Source: Eledone cirrhosa (taxonomy: Eukaryota). Taken from it: 64,000 nt of DNA. Below are positions 12,985 through 26,054 of the stretch, piece after piece. The DNA is taken from contig OZ024754.1 of NCBI GenBank assembly GCA_964016885.1, forward strand, positions 26,784,001 through 26,848,000, read 5' to 3'. Numbering within the stretch: position 1 is the first letter of the stretch; every line of letters starts with the position of its first letter. Below the pieces are notes generated by a model that had not been told where the DNA came from, did not search any database, and saw only the letters and a program-made list of their open reading frames with translations. Position numbers and translations under genes: made by a program.

Positions 12985-13300
12985 AATTGCTTCTACTTTT
13001 GGCACAAGGCCAGCAATTACCCAGTTCTTTATTTTATCGACCCTGTAATAATTGCTTCTACTTTTGGCACAAGGCCAGCAATTACCCCAGTGCATTACTG
13101 GTACTTTATTTTATCGACCCTGTAATAATTGTTTCTACTTTTTGTACAAGACCAGCAAATACCCAGTGCATTACTGGTTCTTTATTTTATCGACCCCGTA
13201 AGGATGAAAGGCAAAGCTAAACCTCGGCGGGATTTGAACTCAAAACATAAAGAGCCATAACTCTATACTGACGCTCTACCGATACTGCAAATTCACCATT
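12985..13300 (-). mobile_element. Nin-like tRNA SINE with a triplicated 3' segment
   Basis: Three tandem copies of ttctactttt.gcacaaggccagcaattacccag...ttattttatcgaccc, then core and B-box (gggatttgaactc). Confidence 0.75.
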
Positions 13301-13324
13301 AATAATGTAGATGAAGGGTTTCGT

Positions 13325-13625
13325 GAAGGCGCATGGTTTGGTGGTTAGAGAAGTGGGCTTGCAGTCGGAAGGTTGTGGGTTCGATTCTCCGATCGGGTGA
13401 CGCGTTGTCTTTGAGAAAAATACTTCATTTCAGATTGCTCCAGTTTACTCAGCTGTAGAAATGAGTTGTGACATCACCCTTGCCTTTCCCTTGGGCATCA
13501 TCGGTGGCGTGGGGAGAGGAGACTGATATGCATGGGTGACTGCTGGTCTTCCATAAACAACCTTGCCGGTGCTTTTGCTTCGGAAGAGAACTTTTTAGGT
13601 GTAAATCTCATGGACATACATGGCC
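13325..13625 (+). mobile_element. tRNA-derived SINE (CORE-like central domain)
   Basis: A-box tggtttggtggttag, B-box ggttcgattc, core ttcatttcagattgctccagtttactcagctg; homologous to 18292-18640 and 18684-18818. Confidence 0.7.
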
Positions 13626-13819
13626 GCGAAGAGGGTCACAATTTTTTAGGGATTTCAGAATCTTTAGGTCGTAGGTTTGATTTACTGACCATCTGACCAG
13701 AATATTGTGCCCTTCAGCAAAACACTTCATTTCTTGCTGCTCAAGATCCAGTCTACTCAGCTGATAAAACAAATGGGCATCATCATCAGCTGGGGATTTG
13801 CTATATATATATATATATA

Positions 13820-15245
13820 TTGTTATACTTGGGGAGGGTCATATTGTTGTAATAATATTGCTAGAATTAATAACAGAACACACTGTTTGGTTGGTTTTCG
13901 CTTCTGTATCTTTTATATCTCCACAGTTAATTTATTCGGTCCTCAATGTTTACCATTGACTGACCAAGGGTAAAAAATACAGATATAATATAGACACAAA
14001 CACATATATATAGTCTAACAAAGTTCTTTCGTTGCACATCTGCAACATCGTCAGTGGTGCTATTATATTTCCTCCTGTATGTCTACGCCATCTTTATTTA
14101 ATCTGTTTATTTATTTATTTATTTATTTATTTATTTTTGTCTTCTTCTCTGCGCATGCGTTTGCGTGTGTGTATAGTGTTTGATGTGTGTTCGTGTTTGG
14201 GTGACTGTGTTTTAGTTATTGTATTCTATCTTAGTTTACTAGTGTGTGTTTATATGTGTTTGTTGTTATTGTGCTTGTGTATGTATTTATTTATTTATTT
14301 ATTTATATTTCTCTTAGGTCAGTATTGTTTGTTTGGGTATTGTTATTCCATTCATTTTTTGTTTAGCTTTGGCCTTCTAAGTTCTATTTCACTGGCCTCT
14401 CTGATTTGCCTATCTGCTGGCTCATTTCTATGTTTAGATATTATTCTAATTTTTATGTTGTCTATGTTACCATCATGATGTTGTCTGGCGTGTTCGTATA
14501 GTACTGAACCGTTTTTTCGTCCTTTTAGTTCCCCCCAGTGTTGGTCTATCCTTTCACCTATGCTACGAGCTGTCTCGCCTATGTATGTTGTTGTCATGTT
14601 TCTGCAAGTACCCTATGTACATCTTATGCTATAGACTACGTTTCTAGTTTTACAGTTTATCCGGGGGTTTACTTTACATATAATACATTTGCTATTAGTA
14701 CAGTGGGTTTTCTTAAACGGGTATGTTTCGCTGATCAGGGATTTTATGGTGGTTCCTAGCTTTTCTACCACCTTAATCTTTAAGTGGGTCTTTCTCATGG
14801 CCTTTCTACACTGGTTAGCTAATTTCCCTCCAGGGGTAGCGTCCACGAACATGACACTCTGGTATCTCTGGTTGTCGTACCATGAGGTGGCTTTCCCTAT
14901 CTTATGTTTAGTCCTATCTAAGCTATTCCATGATTTTCTCCTGTATAATGGGCAAATTCCTTTCATGTCCAGTTCTATGAGGGTCTTATACTTCTCCGTG
15001 GCTCCTTCGTATACTCTGATTCTGTCTCTTTAGTTGTAAGCCAGAGAACTGAAAGCGGTTGATGAAGTGTTGGATGTGTCTTTCCATTTCTGTTGGGTCG
15101 CACATGCGGGACACGTTCTTCATCACTCGTACCAAGTCTGCGATCAGAATATTAAACTTAGCACTACTGGACATTGCTGAGTTTTTGAGTATCAGGTATT
15201 TAGAGGCCATGGGTTTAGCGTAGTGTGAGTGGAGAATTTGCGCTC
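13820..15245 (-). mobile_element. Penelope-like element 3' part (RT C-terminus, GIY-YIG endonuclease, pLTR with hammerhead)
   Basis: HSHYAKPMASKYLI..., CKTRNVVYSIRC and TYIGETARSIGERIDQH...RQIREASEI..RPKLNKK. Hammerhead at 14019-14056 reads ca CTGACGA t gttgca gatg tgcaac GAAA gaac TT tg. Confidence 0.85.
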
Positions 15246-15803
15246 TCTCTCGTCTGCCTCCTTCACGGAACCATGGTTCAACTAAGCACTCTTGCTATAT
15301 TAACACATTTACAACTGCTTAACTTCAATGACTCTGCTTGTAAATAACATTATTTTTTCTTCCACATTGACTTTTTACGTTCCACATTATGCACGTTTTT
15401 TTTCCTTTTTCTTTTTTTCTTTTTTCACTTCTTAAACCTTGTTTGTATATAACATTATTCTTTCTGCACCTTCTGTTTAACATGTGCGACACCACACTAA
15501 TACATTTCACTATCATTTGATAATGCATATAAATGCTGAAACCGGTAATAGACAATAATTAAATATATAAATAGATAAATAAATGCCATTGTTAAATAAT
15601 AAATAAATCAACTAATACCTTAACACTTCACACAAAGTAAAACATTTCGTTTTAATCATTTTCTAACCCAGAAAAAAGAGAGAGAGAAACAAAAAAGAAA
15701 AAAAAAATATATTTCTCTTCCTCATAATCGTCTCTTTCTCCCTGTTTTCATATATATATATATATATATATATCCTAATTCGTGTGCTTCCTCTTCACAT
15801 TTT

Positions 15804-15864
<61 letters not shown>

Positions 15865-16070
15865 TTATATAGGTATATGTGCGTGTATATATATATTTAT
15901 GTACATACGTATATTCTATGTATATATGTGTGTGCGTATGTCTACATGTATGTATATTTAAATGTGTGTGTACATGTATATATATTTTTTCCGTTATCAG
16001 ATATTATCTTAACTCAGCCTCACTTTCATTTTTACTAGATATTAATTTAAAATCTCATATCCAAAACAGC

Positions 16071-16144
16071 TATTTCATCTGATGAACGAGCTGGGTGTTA
16101 CTGTAAGGATTGTCTAGTTTCCTGAAACCTTTGGTAATGGAATA
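16071..16144 (+). ncRNA. Type I hammerhead ribozyme motif
   Basis: tatttcat CTGATGA [stem II] GAAA cc-ttt-gg TA atggaata. Intact core, 8-bp stem I with one G.U, stem III ACC/GGT, GUA cleavage triplet. Confidence 0.65.
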
Positions 16145-16181
16145 ATTATATTGTGTTGTTTATTATGTAAATATATATATG

Positions 16182-16275
<94 letters not shown>

Positions 16276-16889
16276 TATATACATATATATATATAAATAG
16301 ACGTACAGATTTGTTTTCTATCTGCCTGCATAAATTCCATAGAACTTTTCACAAAGTATACAGTTAATATTCAATTCTTTATCAATTTAGAATCTTTTCT
16401 CAAAGGCACATATACATACACCTCTTTAAAATATACCCATCTTCCTACCATACTTTAAAGGGCATTATACACTCTATAATACTTGTTTACTCATTACACT
16501 CATTCTATCTTCACCTTGTAAAATCCTTCATAACATATACATCTGTTTTTTTGACGTTAGAATATTCATCCGCAATCATTATTTTTTTCTCTCTATCATA
16601 AATCTTTTTAATCTCAATTTCATCCTTAATTTATTATTTTTTTCTCCCCATCAACGAACTCATTCTTAATACATATTAACTCTTTATTCGCATATATTAT
16701 CAATTCCTCCAATATACAAACTTTAACTTCACATTATTTTTCTCAAATCCTTCTACACACAAACCTTAATAATTTTTCTCTTCGTTAATTTTGAAATTGC
16801 CACAATACTTATCAACATACCCTTTTTTGACGTTAGAATATTCATCCACAATTATTATTTCTTCTCTCTATCTTCATACATAAATTCCC

Positions 16890-17298
16890 TTCGTTAATTT
16901 TCAAATTCCTTTAATTTATACATTATCTTCCAACGGTTCTCAACCTCTCTCTATGTAAAACAATATATCTTTCTCTCAGTTATAAAAACTATCTCTTTCT
17001 CTCTATCACCCATCTCTCCCTCTCCACCTTCACTCTCATCTCCTCCCCCTTTTTTTCATCCCCCCCCTCCCTAAATAAAATACTTTTTCCTCGCACATAT
17101 CCTCCTTTCGTTAATTTTCAAATTTTTTTAATTTATACATTATCTTCCAACGGTTTTCAACCTCTCTATGTAAAACAATATATCTCCTCTCAGTTATAAA
17201 AACTATCTCTTTCTCTCTATCACCCATCTCTCCCTCTCATCTCCTCCCCTTTTTCATCCTTTCCACCCCGCCCCTCTCTAAATAAAATATTTTTCCCA
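16890..17298. repeat. ~200-bp tandem duplication
   Basis: ttcgttaattttcaaatt...tatcttccaacggtt..caacctctct...aactatctctttctctctatcacccatc occurs at about 16890 and about 17108. Confidence 0.75.
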
Positions 17299-17391
17299 AT
17301 ATCACACATCAATCTAAAACCACTTTTCATATGTTGATTTAAAACTGCACTATCCACAAGTGTTTTTTAGCCTTCATATCATGTTCTCCTG

Positions 17392-17458
17392 TTTTATCTG
17401 ATGAAAACACAAATATTATTGCATGATGATGTTTGTTTTTGAAATGCGCATAATAAAA
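17392..17458 (+). ncRNA. Type I hammerhead ribozyme motif
   Basis: ttttat CTGATGA aaacacaaatattattgcatgatgatgtttgttttt GAAA tgcgca TA ataaaa. Intact core, perfect 6-bp stem I, long stem II, palindromic stem III. Confidence 0.75.
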
Positions 17459-17495
17459 TACATGGAACTCCTTTAACCATCTTTTGATCTTATAT

Positions 17496-17615
<120 letters not shown>

Positions 17616-17778
17616 CACACACACACAAACACACATACGCACACACACACACATATATATATATATTATATATATGCATAATAATACAAATAATATATTT
17701 CAGTGCCTGGATGTTATTTATTTTTTTACTTTTCATTTTTATTCATTTAGTTTCATTTTTATTCATTTACTTCTTTAG

Positions 17779-18019
17779 GTATAGTCTCACGTTTATACCG
17801 AAGCGCTTCTGAATTCGCTGCTATTAACATTACTATAACATTGCAAGTGACTGATGCAAAGCAGAACACTCCTTCTTCGTCACAAAATGTCTTAATGTCC
17901 GTTAAATTAAGTCAATATGTCCATACGATTAGCCATACAATTACAGTAAACAGAAAACCCGATCATTCTCCGAATATCACCTTTGAATCAAGCATTAACG
18001 GTACGGAAATCCCTTTGAG
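17779..18019 (+). CDS. Exon 5
   Basis: ttctttag| acceptor and gag|gtacgt donor. G+GT=G, then IVSRLYRSASEFAAINITITLQVTD...INGTEIPL. Phase 1 in, phase 2 out. Confidence 0.85.
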
Positions 18020-18291
18020 GTACGTATAATACTTTGGTTCCACTGTAGCGGGCAGTCTACCTGGACATTTACACTTATCTGCAGTCTACTTGACCATTTA
18101 CACTTACCTGCAATCTACCTGTCTAACTAGCCATTTACACTTAGTGTGTGATCGACCTCAACTACAAAAACTGTCCCTAATCCTTACTCGACAGGCAAGC
18201 CAAGTCACTGCACAGCGTAGACTACGGATACCATGTTAGATGCAGCAGAAATATTTTTTTTTGTTTGAATTTTTATTTTTATTTTACAAAT

Positions 18292-18818
18292 GAAGGTGCT
18301 TGCCTCAGTTGTTTGAGTGATGGACTCACGATCGGAAGTTTGGGATTTCTGGTCTCGGACCAGGCAAAGAGTGGTGTCCTTGGGAAAGGCATTTTATTTC
18401 ACGTTGCTCCAGTTTACTCAACTGGAAAAAAATGAGTTGCGACGTCAATGGTGTCAAGCTGTGTTGACCTTTGCTTTTTCCATCGACAGCTTGGCGCCCC
18501 AAGAGCGGCGTGAAGAAGGGGGAGACTGGTATGCAGGGGTGGCAGTTAGTTTTCCATCAAAACACCGTGGTTGGGCGTGTGCATCAGAGGGATACTTTCT
18601 CGGTGCAAACCCATAGTCATTTATGAATGATGGAAGCTTATGAACCCCCGCAGATTTTTGACAGCTGGTCGAATGTATGTGTGAAGGTGTGTGGCTGAGT
18701 GGTTAGGGTGCTCAACTCACTATCGTAAGTTCATGAGTAGGATTTCTGGAGCAAGCGGTGCGTTGTGTCCTTGGGAAAAATACGTTGTTTCACGTTGCTT
18801 CAGTTTCCTCAGCTAGGG
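18292..18818 (+). mobile_element. Two CORE-like tRNA SINE copies (18292-18640 and truncated 18684-18818)
   Basis: Shared gtgtccttggga.a...tttcacgttgct.cagttt.ctca.ct core and tRNA-like heads. Confidence 0.65.
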
Positions 18819-19170
18819 GAAACATTAGTTAGGGGAATATGTGTCAGGAATATTCAGCCACATCTGTCAAGAATACTCACACATACACACATATACATAC
18901 ACATTTACGCAAACATACAAACACATACACACATATGTATACACACATATCACACACACACATCCCACTCCAAACGTAAGGGAAAAGAAGTAATCTCTGC
19001 TAATGTGTGTCTGTGTGTGTATGTGTGTTTGTGGGTGTGTGTGTGTGTATGTGTGTTTGTGGGTGAATGTGTTTGTTTACGTGTATGTGCGTGTGTGTGT
19101 GTGTGTTTGTGTGTATGTAATTGTGTGTGTGTGCGTTTGCGTGTATGCATATATATGTATGTACACACAC

Positions 19171-19270
<100 letters not shown>

Positions 19271-19654
19271 AAATATGGAGAAAAATACTGCAGGTAGCGC
19301 ATGGATAACATGTAATAAAATAAGTCCCTCATCAGTGATTTGCCGACGATCATAGATATTTCATTGCATTAAAAATCATATACCTCACGTCGGTGCAATA
19401 ATAACTAAAATAAGTTATTAGGACAATTAAAACGCGTAAAGCGAGTGAGACAGGAGAACAACAAAGAGTATAGCTAACCGTAGGGGAATGAAACAAGCTT
19501 CATAATTATTCTGTTTAGCATAAGCTAGGTGAATATATGAGCGCTTTAGAAAAAAGACCTTACACGAACGATGGCCATGTGAGAAGAGAGAAAAATAGCC
19601 TTCGTGGTGTACAGGATGAATATATATAGATATAGATATATATATATATATATA

Positions 19655-21432
19655 TGTATTTGTTTTTGAATTTGTTTTGCGAGATTTCTTATCTGAAAAC
19701 GTGTGTTGAAAGAGATATTGTTGTACTTTGGGAGGGTCATGCTGCTAATAAAAACACATGCACTTGTTGGTTTTCACTTCAATTTCACTTGCGGTGGGGG
19801 CCAGTATAAAACTAACCCATAAGGAACATATGTTCAAATTTAATGGCAAAACATTTGCCCAAGAGGAGGAGGCAGCCATTGGCGTTAGCATTGCAGGTGA
19901 CATAGCTAACCTCTTTATGGTATGGTGGGACAGAAGACTTAAGGAACACTTAGAAGACAATTTTACAACCCTGACTAAGTACTCCCGCTACCTAGATAAC
20001 ATAAATATCCTAGAAAAACACCCCACAAGAGAACAGTCAGGAATTAGAGAACAACACGATGGAAAGCATCCATAAAATAGCTAACTCCATCCACCAGAGT
20101 ATTACATTTACCATAGACTACCCAACTAAACACCCAACCATAGATTACCCACACTAGTCACAGAACTCTGGTTGGAAACTATTAGTAATAGAACGGAAAT
20201 CCTCAATTCGCATTGTCAAACCCATGACCTCCAAATACCTGATCCACCGAAACTCAGCTGTTTCGGATCACATAAAAATCAACATACTGATTGCGACTTA
20301 GTAAGAGTGATTAGGAACGTGTCTCGCATGTGGAACCCCAAAGAATTAGAGACACATACAACACTTCATCCACCGCATGCAGTTCTCTGGCTTCAATTAA
20401 AGAGACAATATCAGGATATATGAAGGAACCAGAACCAAATGGGCAAAGATTGTAGAAAATGATGCAGATGGAACTTGCCCCATGTATAGGAGCAAATTTT
20501 GGAACAGAATATAAAGGATTAGGAATAAGACAAATAAAATAAACTCATGGTATGATAGCAATATATACCAGAGTGTAATGTTTGTCAATACAACCCCTTG
20601 AGGCGAACTAGCTTACAGATTTAGAAGGGCCCTCGACAAGCTCAAATTAAATATTAAGATAGTTGAAAGACCAGGTATTCCCATAGAAACTCTAATTAAT
20701 AAGACATCCATTTCAAAGATCCCCTTGTGCTGATAGGAAATGCAAAGTCTGCAAGCTAAACCCGCAAACTAACTGCAAAACTAGGAACGTAGTATATAGC
20801 ATAAGATGTACTGAGGGACAGTGTGGGAATAAGAACATAACATACATAGGTGAAACAGCCCGTAGCATTGGAGAAAGGATAAGTGAACACTGGCGAGAAC
20901 TCCAGGATGGGAAAAACTCCACCAATATGCCTAAATAGAACATAGGGTACATAAGAGAACATAGAGATAAAAATTATATCCACACACAGAAAAGATGCAA
21001 TGCTCACATGAGTGGAATAGCAATATCACAACTAGTAATTAAGGACAACATGAAGACATACAGACACAAAGAAAAACCAAACTAACAAAACAAATCAGAC
21101 ACACACAGATAGAACAGGCAACCTGCTAGTGACAAGTAAATAAACACATAAGTAAATAAATAAAAAATACACACACACACGGATGTAACGCACGCGCTAA
21201 CTAAGCACACAACACACAAAAACAAGACGGTGTAAGACAGAACAAAGGTGAGCCACAAAATAAAAACCTAGTCACTGAGGAGGTCACAGAATGTGTGACA
21301 AAAGAGCTTTGACAATATATAAACAACCTTCCGGTTATCGAACCAACCAGCCAGCCGGAAACTTATAATGAATTGAAGTGAAAACCAACAGGTGCGTGTG
21401 CTTTTACTGGGAGCATAACCCTCCCAAAGTAT

Positions 21433-21440
<8 letters not shown>
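19655..21440 (+). mobile_element. Decayed Penelope-like element (RT and GIY-YIG) with inverted terminal segments
   Basis: FKFNGKTFAQEEEAAIGVSIAGDIANLFMVWWD...YSRYLDNI (RT) and CKTRNVVYSIRC..TYIGETARSIGER. 19718-19790 is the reverse complement of 21372-21440. Degenerate hammerhead at 21271-21313. Confidence 0.85.
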
Positions 21441-21491
<51 letters not shown>

Positions 21492-21494
<3 letters not shown>

Positions 21495-21935
21495 TAATTC
21501 AAAATATTAACAAAATAGATATTCTTGTGATCAATTATATTTTATTATACATATTTCAGAGGTACTGAGTTAAGTTCAACAGTACGTCCTCATCAGATAA
21601 AATAAGATGATGCATGACATACCCTGACATAGTAGATGGTTAAGATACAGTCATGGCTGAAGATTTCACCATGACTGTATCTTAACCATCTACTATGTCA
21701 GGGTATTTCATGCATCATCTTATTTTATTTGATGAGAATGTACTGTTGAACTTAACTCAGTACCTCTGAAATATGTATAATAAAATATAATTGATCACAA
21801 GAATATCTATTTTGTTAATATTTTGAATTAATATTAATAACTCTGGAAAACCTTTCGGTTGAGTGCTTCCAATCTATTGTAAAACTCATTCTTTGATGTA
21901 TTCATTGAACCTTGTTTAACTTTTAAATGTATATA
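21492..21935. repeat. Palindrome with ~165-bp arms (21492-21656 / 21669-21833) made of hammerhead-bearing repeats; right arm extends to 21935
   Basis: Arms are reverse complementary around a 12-nt spacer. Hammerheads at 21540-21602 (-, intact core) and 21723-21785 (+, TTGATGA). Confidence 0.88.
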
Positions 21936-22051
21936 TATAAATGGGGTGAGGGGCTATGTCTGAGTATATGTGCCTATATTTAGTTGAAATAACTTTTTGT
22001 CCAGAAACCCCAAATGACATTGTGTAAGTAAATCTTCTCTATATATTTCAG

Positions 22052-22238
22052 TGCCTCTTACTTGACTGTTTACGCCACCATGAGGTTGGAGAATAGTTCT
22101 ACTGCAGAACTCCGTCCAGCAATGGCCTTATATTACCTTTCACCTTGGGTCAAATATTACGGCCGCTTCACCTGTAACAAATTGGGCCCACCTCCCACAA
22201 TTAAATTTAACAATGATACAGGAAGACTCCAAATTAAG
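22052..22238 (+). CDS. Exon 6
   Basis: atttcag| acceptor and aag|gtatat donor. AG+T=S, then ASYLTVYATMRLENSSTAE...YYLSPWVKY...GRLQIK. Phase 2 in, phase 0 out. Confidence 0.85.
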
Positions 22239-22303
22239 GTATATTTTAATTTTCTACTACGACCACCATCCTGATCATCATCATTTTTCATGACGATTAT
22301 CAT

Positions 22304-22304
<1 letters not shown>

Positions 22305-22372
<68 letters not shown>
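22305..22372. repeat. (ACT)n microsatellite
   Basis: Direct reading of the sequence. Confidence 0.9.
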
Positions 22373-22429
22373 CTGAGAACTACGTTAGGAGTACGGGTAT
22401 CTGTGAAATATTCAGCTGCTTACACTATA

Positions 22430-22545
22430 AAGGTTCTACTTTTGGCACAAGGCCAGCAATTATCCAGTACATTATTGGTACTTTATTTTACCGACCCCGT
22501 AAGGATAAAAGGCAAAGTTAACCTCGGCGGGATTTGAACTCAGCT
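22430..22545 (-). mobile_element. Nin-like SINE fragment
   Basis: Matches 13135-13242. Confidence 0.7.
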
Positions 22546-22918
22546 ACTTGCACTATAATACAAGGTAAACTGTACCGAGCTGAATCTCCCTGAGAACTAC
22601 GTTAGGAGTACACGTGTCTATTGAATGCTAAACTAAATTCCTATAAATTTCAAGAGCAGGCTGGAATGCTCGTCGAACAACTGGAATGCTCGTCGTTGCA
22701 GCCGTCGGAGTTCCAACATACTGTAGATACTATATAGCCGCTTTTGATTATTGCTTAGATTAATCGATTCCTTGTGCTATTGATGTTTTATATCATGTCT
22801 CAATATGTCTGTGATGGATTACATTGTGTTTCATATAGTTTTTCCGATTTTGTCACACCACTACGTTCAATCGATGCTGCGAAGGTCTTTCCTTGATATC
22901 TATATATCAAGGAAAGAC

Positions 22919-23037
<119 letters not shown>

Positions 23038-23097
23038 ATCGATCGGTCGATATGAATTATTTAACTAGTCGCATGTTCAGGTTATTGTCATATTAAA

Positions 23098-23133
<36 letters not shown>

Positions 23134-23162
23134 TGTATGTATGTATGTATGTATGTATGTAT

Positions 23163-23688
23163 CTCATGGTCGGGTCGTTGGCGACTAAACTGGCAACCCC
23201 ACCAAGGTTTCTTGGTGAGGAGGGTGACTTTGGACATCCTGCAGGACTAAAAACAAAACCTGTCAAAGGGCAAAGGAGCTCTTAAGAGTCAATGGCCATC
23301 CAAAATCACCGGGAGAGATGACCCCTTAGCCTTTGTCAAGGCAGAATTATAGGAGAAGGAAAACTCTGATATAACACCTGCAACCCTGATGGTATCCAAT
23401 GATGTTGACTTGTTCTTCTTTTTGGTAAATATCATCTTGGTTAAGAGAGTGGGACTGGCTTTGTGCAGTGCCTTTGCTCACTATAAAAGCTTCACGGCAC
23501 AGGCATTGCTTTATATCTGGAGATCTCTCTGCACTTTTCGTCAATAATTGTCACAAGTGTAGTGTTTTTACCAGAGTTTTCAAGTCGCTGGCTGGACTAA
23601 AAAGTCACACTTGTTCAGCGCATCGGTAGGGGTTCTCCTACATGGATATAAAGTAGTGGCCGTACTCGAAAATGAGTTGGCAGCCACC
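23163..23688 (+). mobile_element. Copy of the (TATG)n-flanked non-coding retroelement (short internal deletion)
   Basis: Reverse complement of 9511-10066; (TATG)n on both sides. Confidence 0.8.
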
Positions 23689-23852
23689 ATGTATGTATGT
23701 ATGCATGTATGTATGTATGTATGTATGTATGTATGTATGTATGTATGTATGTATGTATGTATGTATGTATGTATGTATGTATGTATGTATGTATGTATGT
23801 GTATATATATATATAATTATATATAATTATATATATATATGTGTGTGCGTGT

Positions 23853-23931
<79 letters not shown>

Positions 23932-24465
23932 GTGTATGATGGACCTCAGTCGGTTGTAACGACGAGTGTTCCAGTTGATTGGTCAACTGAATAACCTATG
24001 TGACATGGCTGACTCTTGGAATTAAGGTACGACTCAATTTTGCTAGCTGGGTGAACTGGAACAATATTAACTAAGGTGTCTTGCTCAAGGACATAACGAC
24101 ATTATTGCGAAGTGTACCTTTAAACATTTCTCTGCTAGTTTGTTTCATTTTTAAAAGTCTCATTTTAATATTGGTCTCATTAAAATCTTATTAAAATACA
24201 ACCAAGGTCGGAGGTGCAATATATTGTCAAGGATCTATCGACCATAAATAAGGCGTTTTAATTCATTAAGGATGTCCTTGTTTATCTCCTTCTTATTGAT
24301 ATTTTTGTTTCGTGTGACTCTTCGTCCCCCCCCCCCCCCCACACACACACACTCTCTTGATTTTGTTTCTGATTTATATGTGCTATTAGATGACTTTCTC
24401 TGTCACAGACGGTAAAACATATAAATAAATATAAATAAGTTTGCTTTTGAAACAGCGATCGAATT

Positions 24466-24660
24466 TTGAAAATAGAAATAGATGCTTTCGCCGTGTTTTT
24501 GATTAAGGAATTTCTTTGCTTGATAGTGAGGTTTAGAACCCTCTAAGAAACGGAAAAAGATGAGTATTGACCTTTTCCATTTGTTAGAGGGTTCTAAACC
24601 TCACTATCAGGCTAAAAGTTTCTTTAGTCGAAAATACGACGAAAGCTTCTATTTTTATTT
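24466..24660. mobile_element. Hairpin (MITE-like) repeat, same family as 4213-4393
   Basis: Arms tgatagtgaggtttagaaccctctaa and ttagagggttctaaacctcactatca; spacer gaaaaagatgagtattgacc. Confidence 0.78.
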
Positions 24661-24737
24661 TATAAATAAACATATTTATATCTTGTTCATGTGTTTTAAC
24701 CTTAAGTTCACCATTCCTTCTTGTTTTATTTTGGCAG

Positions 24738-24951
24738 TTCACCGAATTCTTCTTTACCGACGACGTTCAGTTCTCTTTCGCTATATCCCGGAAGAATGGT
24801 CCTGAAGGCAAATCTTTAGTGAACTCTACAACACCATATGAAGCTGGTGGCTTCATCACATATCACACTGGAGACCTGTTACCCGATGGCCATTTCTTCT
24901 CATCTCAAATGGATTCCTTAACCTTCACTGTTCAGAATTTTCCTGTCGCAG
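24738..24951 (+). CDS. Exon 7 (not in ORF track)
   Basis: ttttattttggcag| acceptor and cag|gtaata donor. FTEFFFTDDVQFSFAI...MDSLTFTVQNFPVA is open. Phase 0 in, phase 1 out. Confidence 0.83.
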
Positions 24952-25149
24952 GTAATACGATTTAAGAAAATACTTTCGCACCTGCTCACAAAGGTACTAA
25001 AAATATTCACAGTGCATAATAGGGACCTCTACAGACCTACAGTCCTCTGCCAGATTCGCAACCCACGCTTTTACCACTTTTTTATTTTTTGACCTCATCA
25101 CAGGTTGTCAACAGTTCGTGTCCTCCATCATCCGCCAAATCATCTCATC

Positions 25150-25255
25150 CTCCCATCCCTACTTCCACAAATCTTAAATTATCCACTCCTCGCACTGCCA
25201 CGATCTACTTGTTCCCCAAGATCCATAAACCCAATAATCTTAGCCATCCCATCGA
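25150..25255 (+). mobile_element. Penelope-type RT N-terminal fragment
   Basis: PTSTNLKLSTPRTATIYLFPKIHKPNNLSHPI matches the PLE RT motif Y.LPKIHK...GRPI. Confidence 0.65.
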
Positions 25256-25303
25256 CCACCACACAACTATTTGTATATTAGTTTATGTTTTTCTTTCTTA
25301 TAG

Positions 25304-25378
25304 AAACCTGTGGTGATAAACTACCCATACTCCGATGCCAAATCACTGTTGCTATGGAATCAACTTTCGAAAATGGAG
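25304..25378 (+). CDS. Exon 8 (start of the F5/8 type C-like domain)
   Basis: ttttctttcttatag| acceptor and gag|gttcgt donor. G+AA=E, then TCGDKLPILRCQITVAMESTFENG, resembling the discoidin N-terminal 'C...L....QITAS'. Phase 1/1. Confidence 0.78.
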
Positions 25379-25449
25379 GTTCGTAACATAAAGCTCTACT
25401 ACATTAGTTTACTAACCTCCACTGAATAAAAGTAAGGATAATTAACTAA

Positions 25450-25655
25450 CCTGGTAGAATCGGTAGAACTTCGGATAACAGGCTTAACGACATAGAGCTT
25501 TGGCCCTTTAAGTTCTGAGTTCAAATCCCGCCGAAGTTAGCTTTGACTTTCATCCTGACGGAGTCGATAAAATAAAGTACCAGTAATGCACTGGAGTCGA
25601 CTTTCCCTTTCTCCAAATATTATTGGCCTTGTGCCTAAATCAGAAGCCATTATCT
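25450..25655 (+). mobile_element. Nin-like tRNA SINE
   Basis: tggtagaatcggtag A-box-like, gagttcaaatcc B-box and Nin-like core. Confidence 0.7.
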
Positions 25656-25696
25656 TTTTCAATTTGTTTTAGTTCTTAACACGCTGATAATTATGT

Positions 25697-25765
<69 letters not shown>

Positions 25766-25887
25766 CACACAAGCACACACATATATATATCTTGTTTGAA
25801 GAACCTGTGAACAAGCAGGTGAGACTCCAGTGTAACAAGACTTACTATTTAACCTCAATAAAATGAATACACAGACGCCTTAATAAA

Positions 25888-25991
<104 letters not shown>

Positions 25992-26054
25992 GTGGAACAC
26001 TGGAAGGGAAATACCCGTAGTGGTGGAACACTCAGCCATGGGACGAGTTAGGTA

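Noticed and set aside
15511-15551. Possible hammerhead (TTGATAA...GAAAccggTA)
   Set aside because: Two core mismatches and almost no stem I; too degenerate to call.
19300-19345. Minus-strand CTGATGA near 19329-19335
   Set aside because: No correctly placed GAAA, stem III or stem I partner was found.
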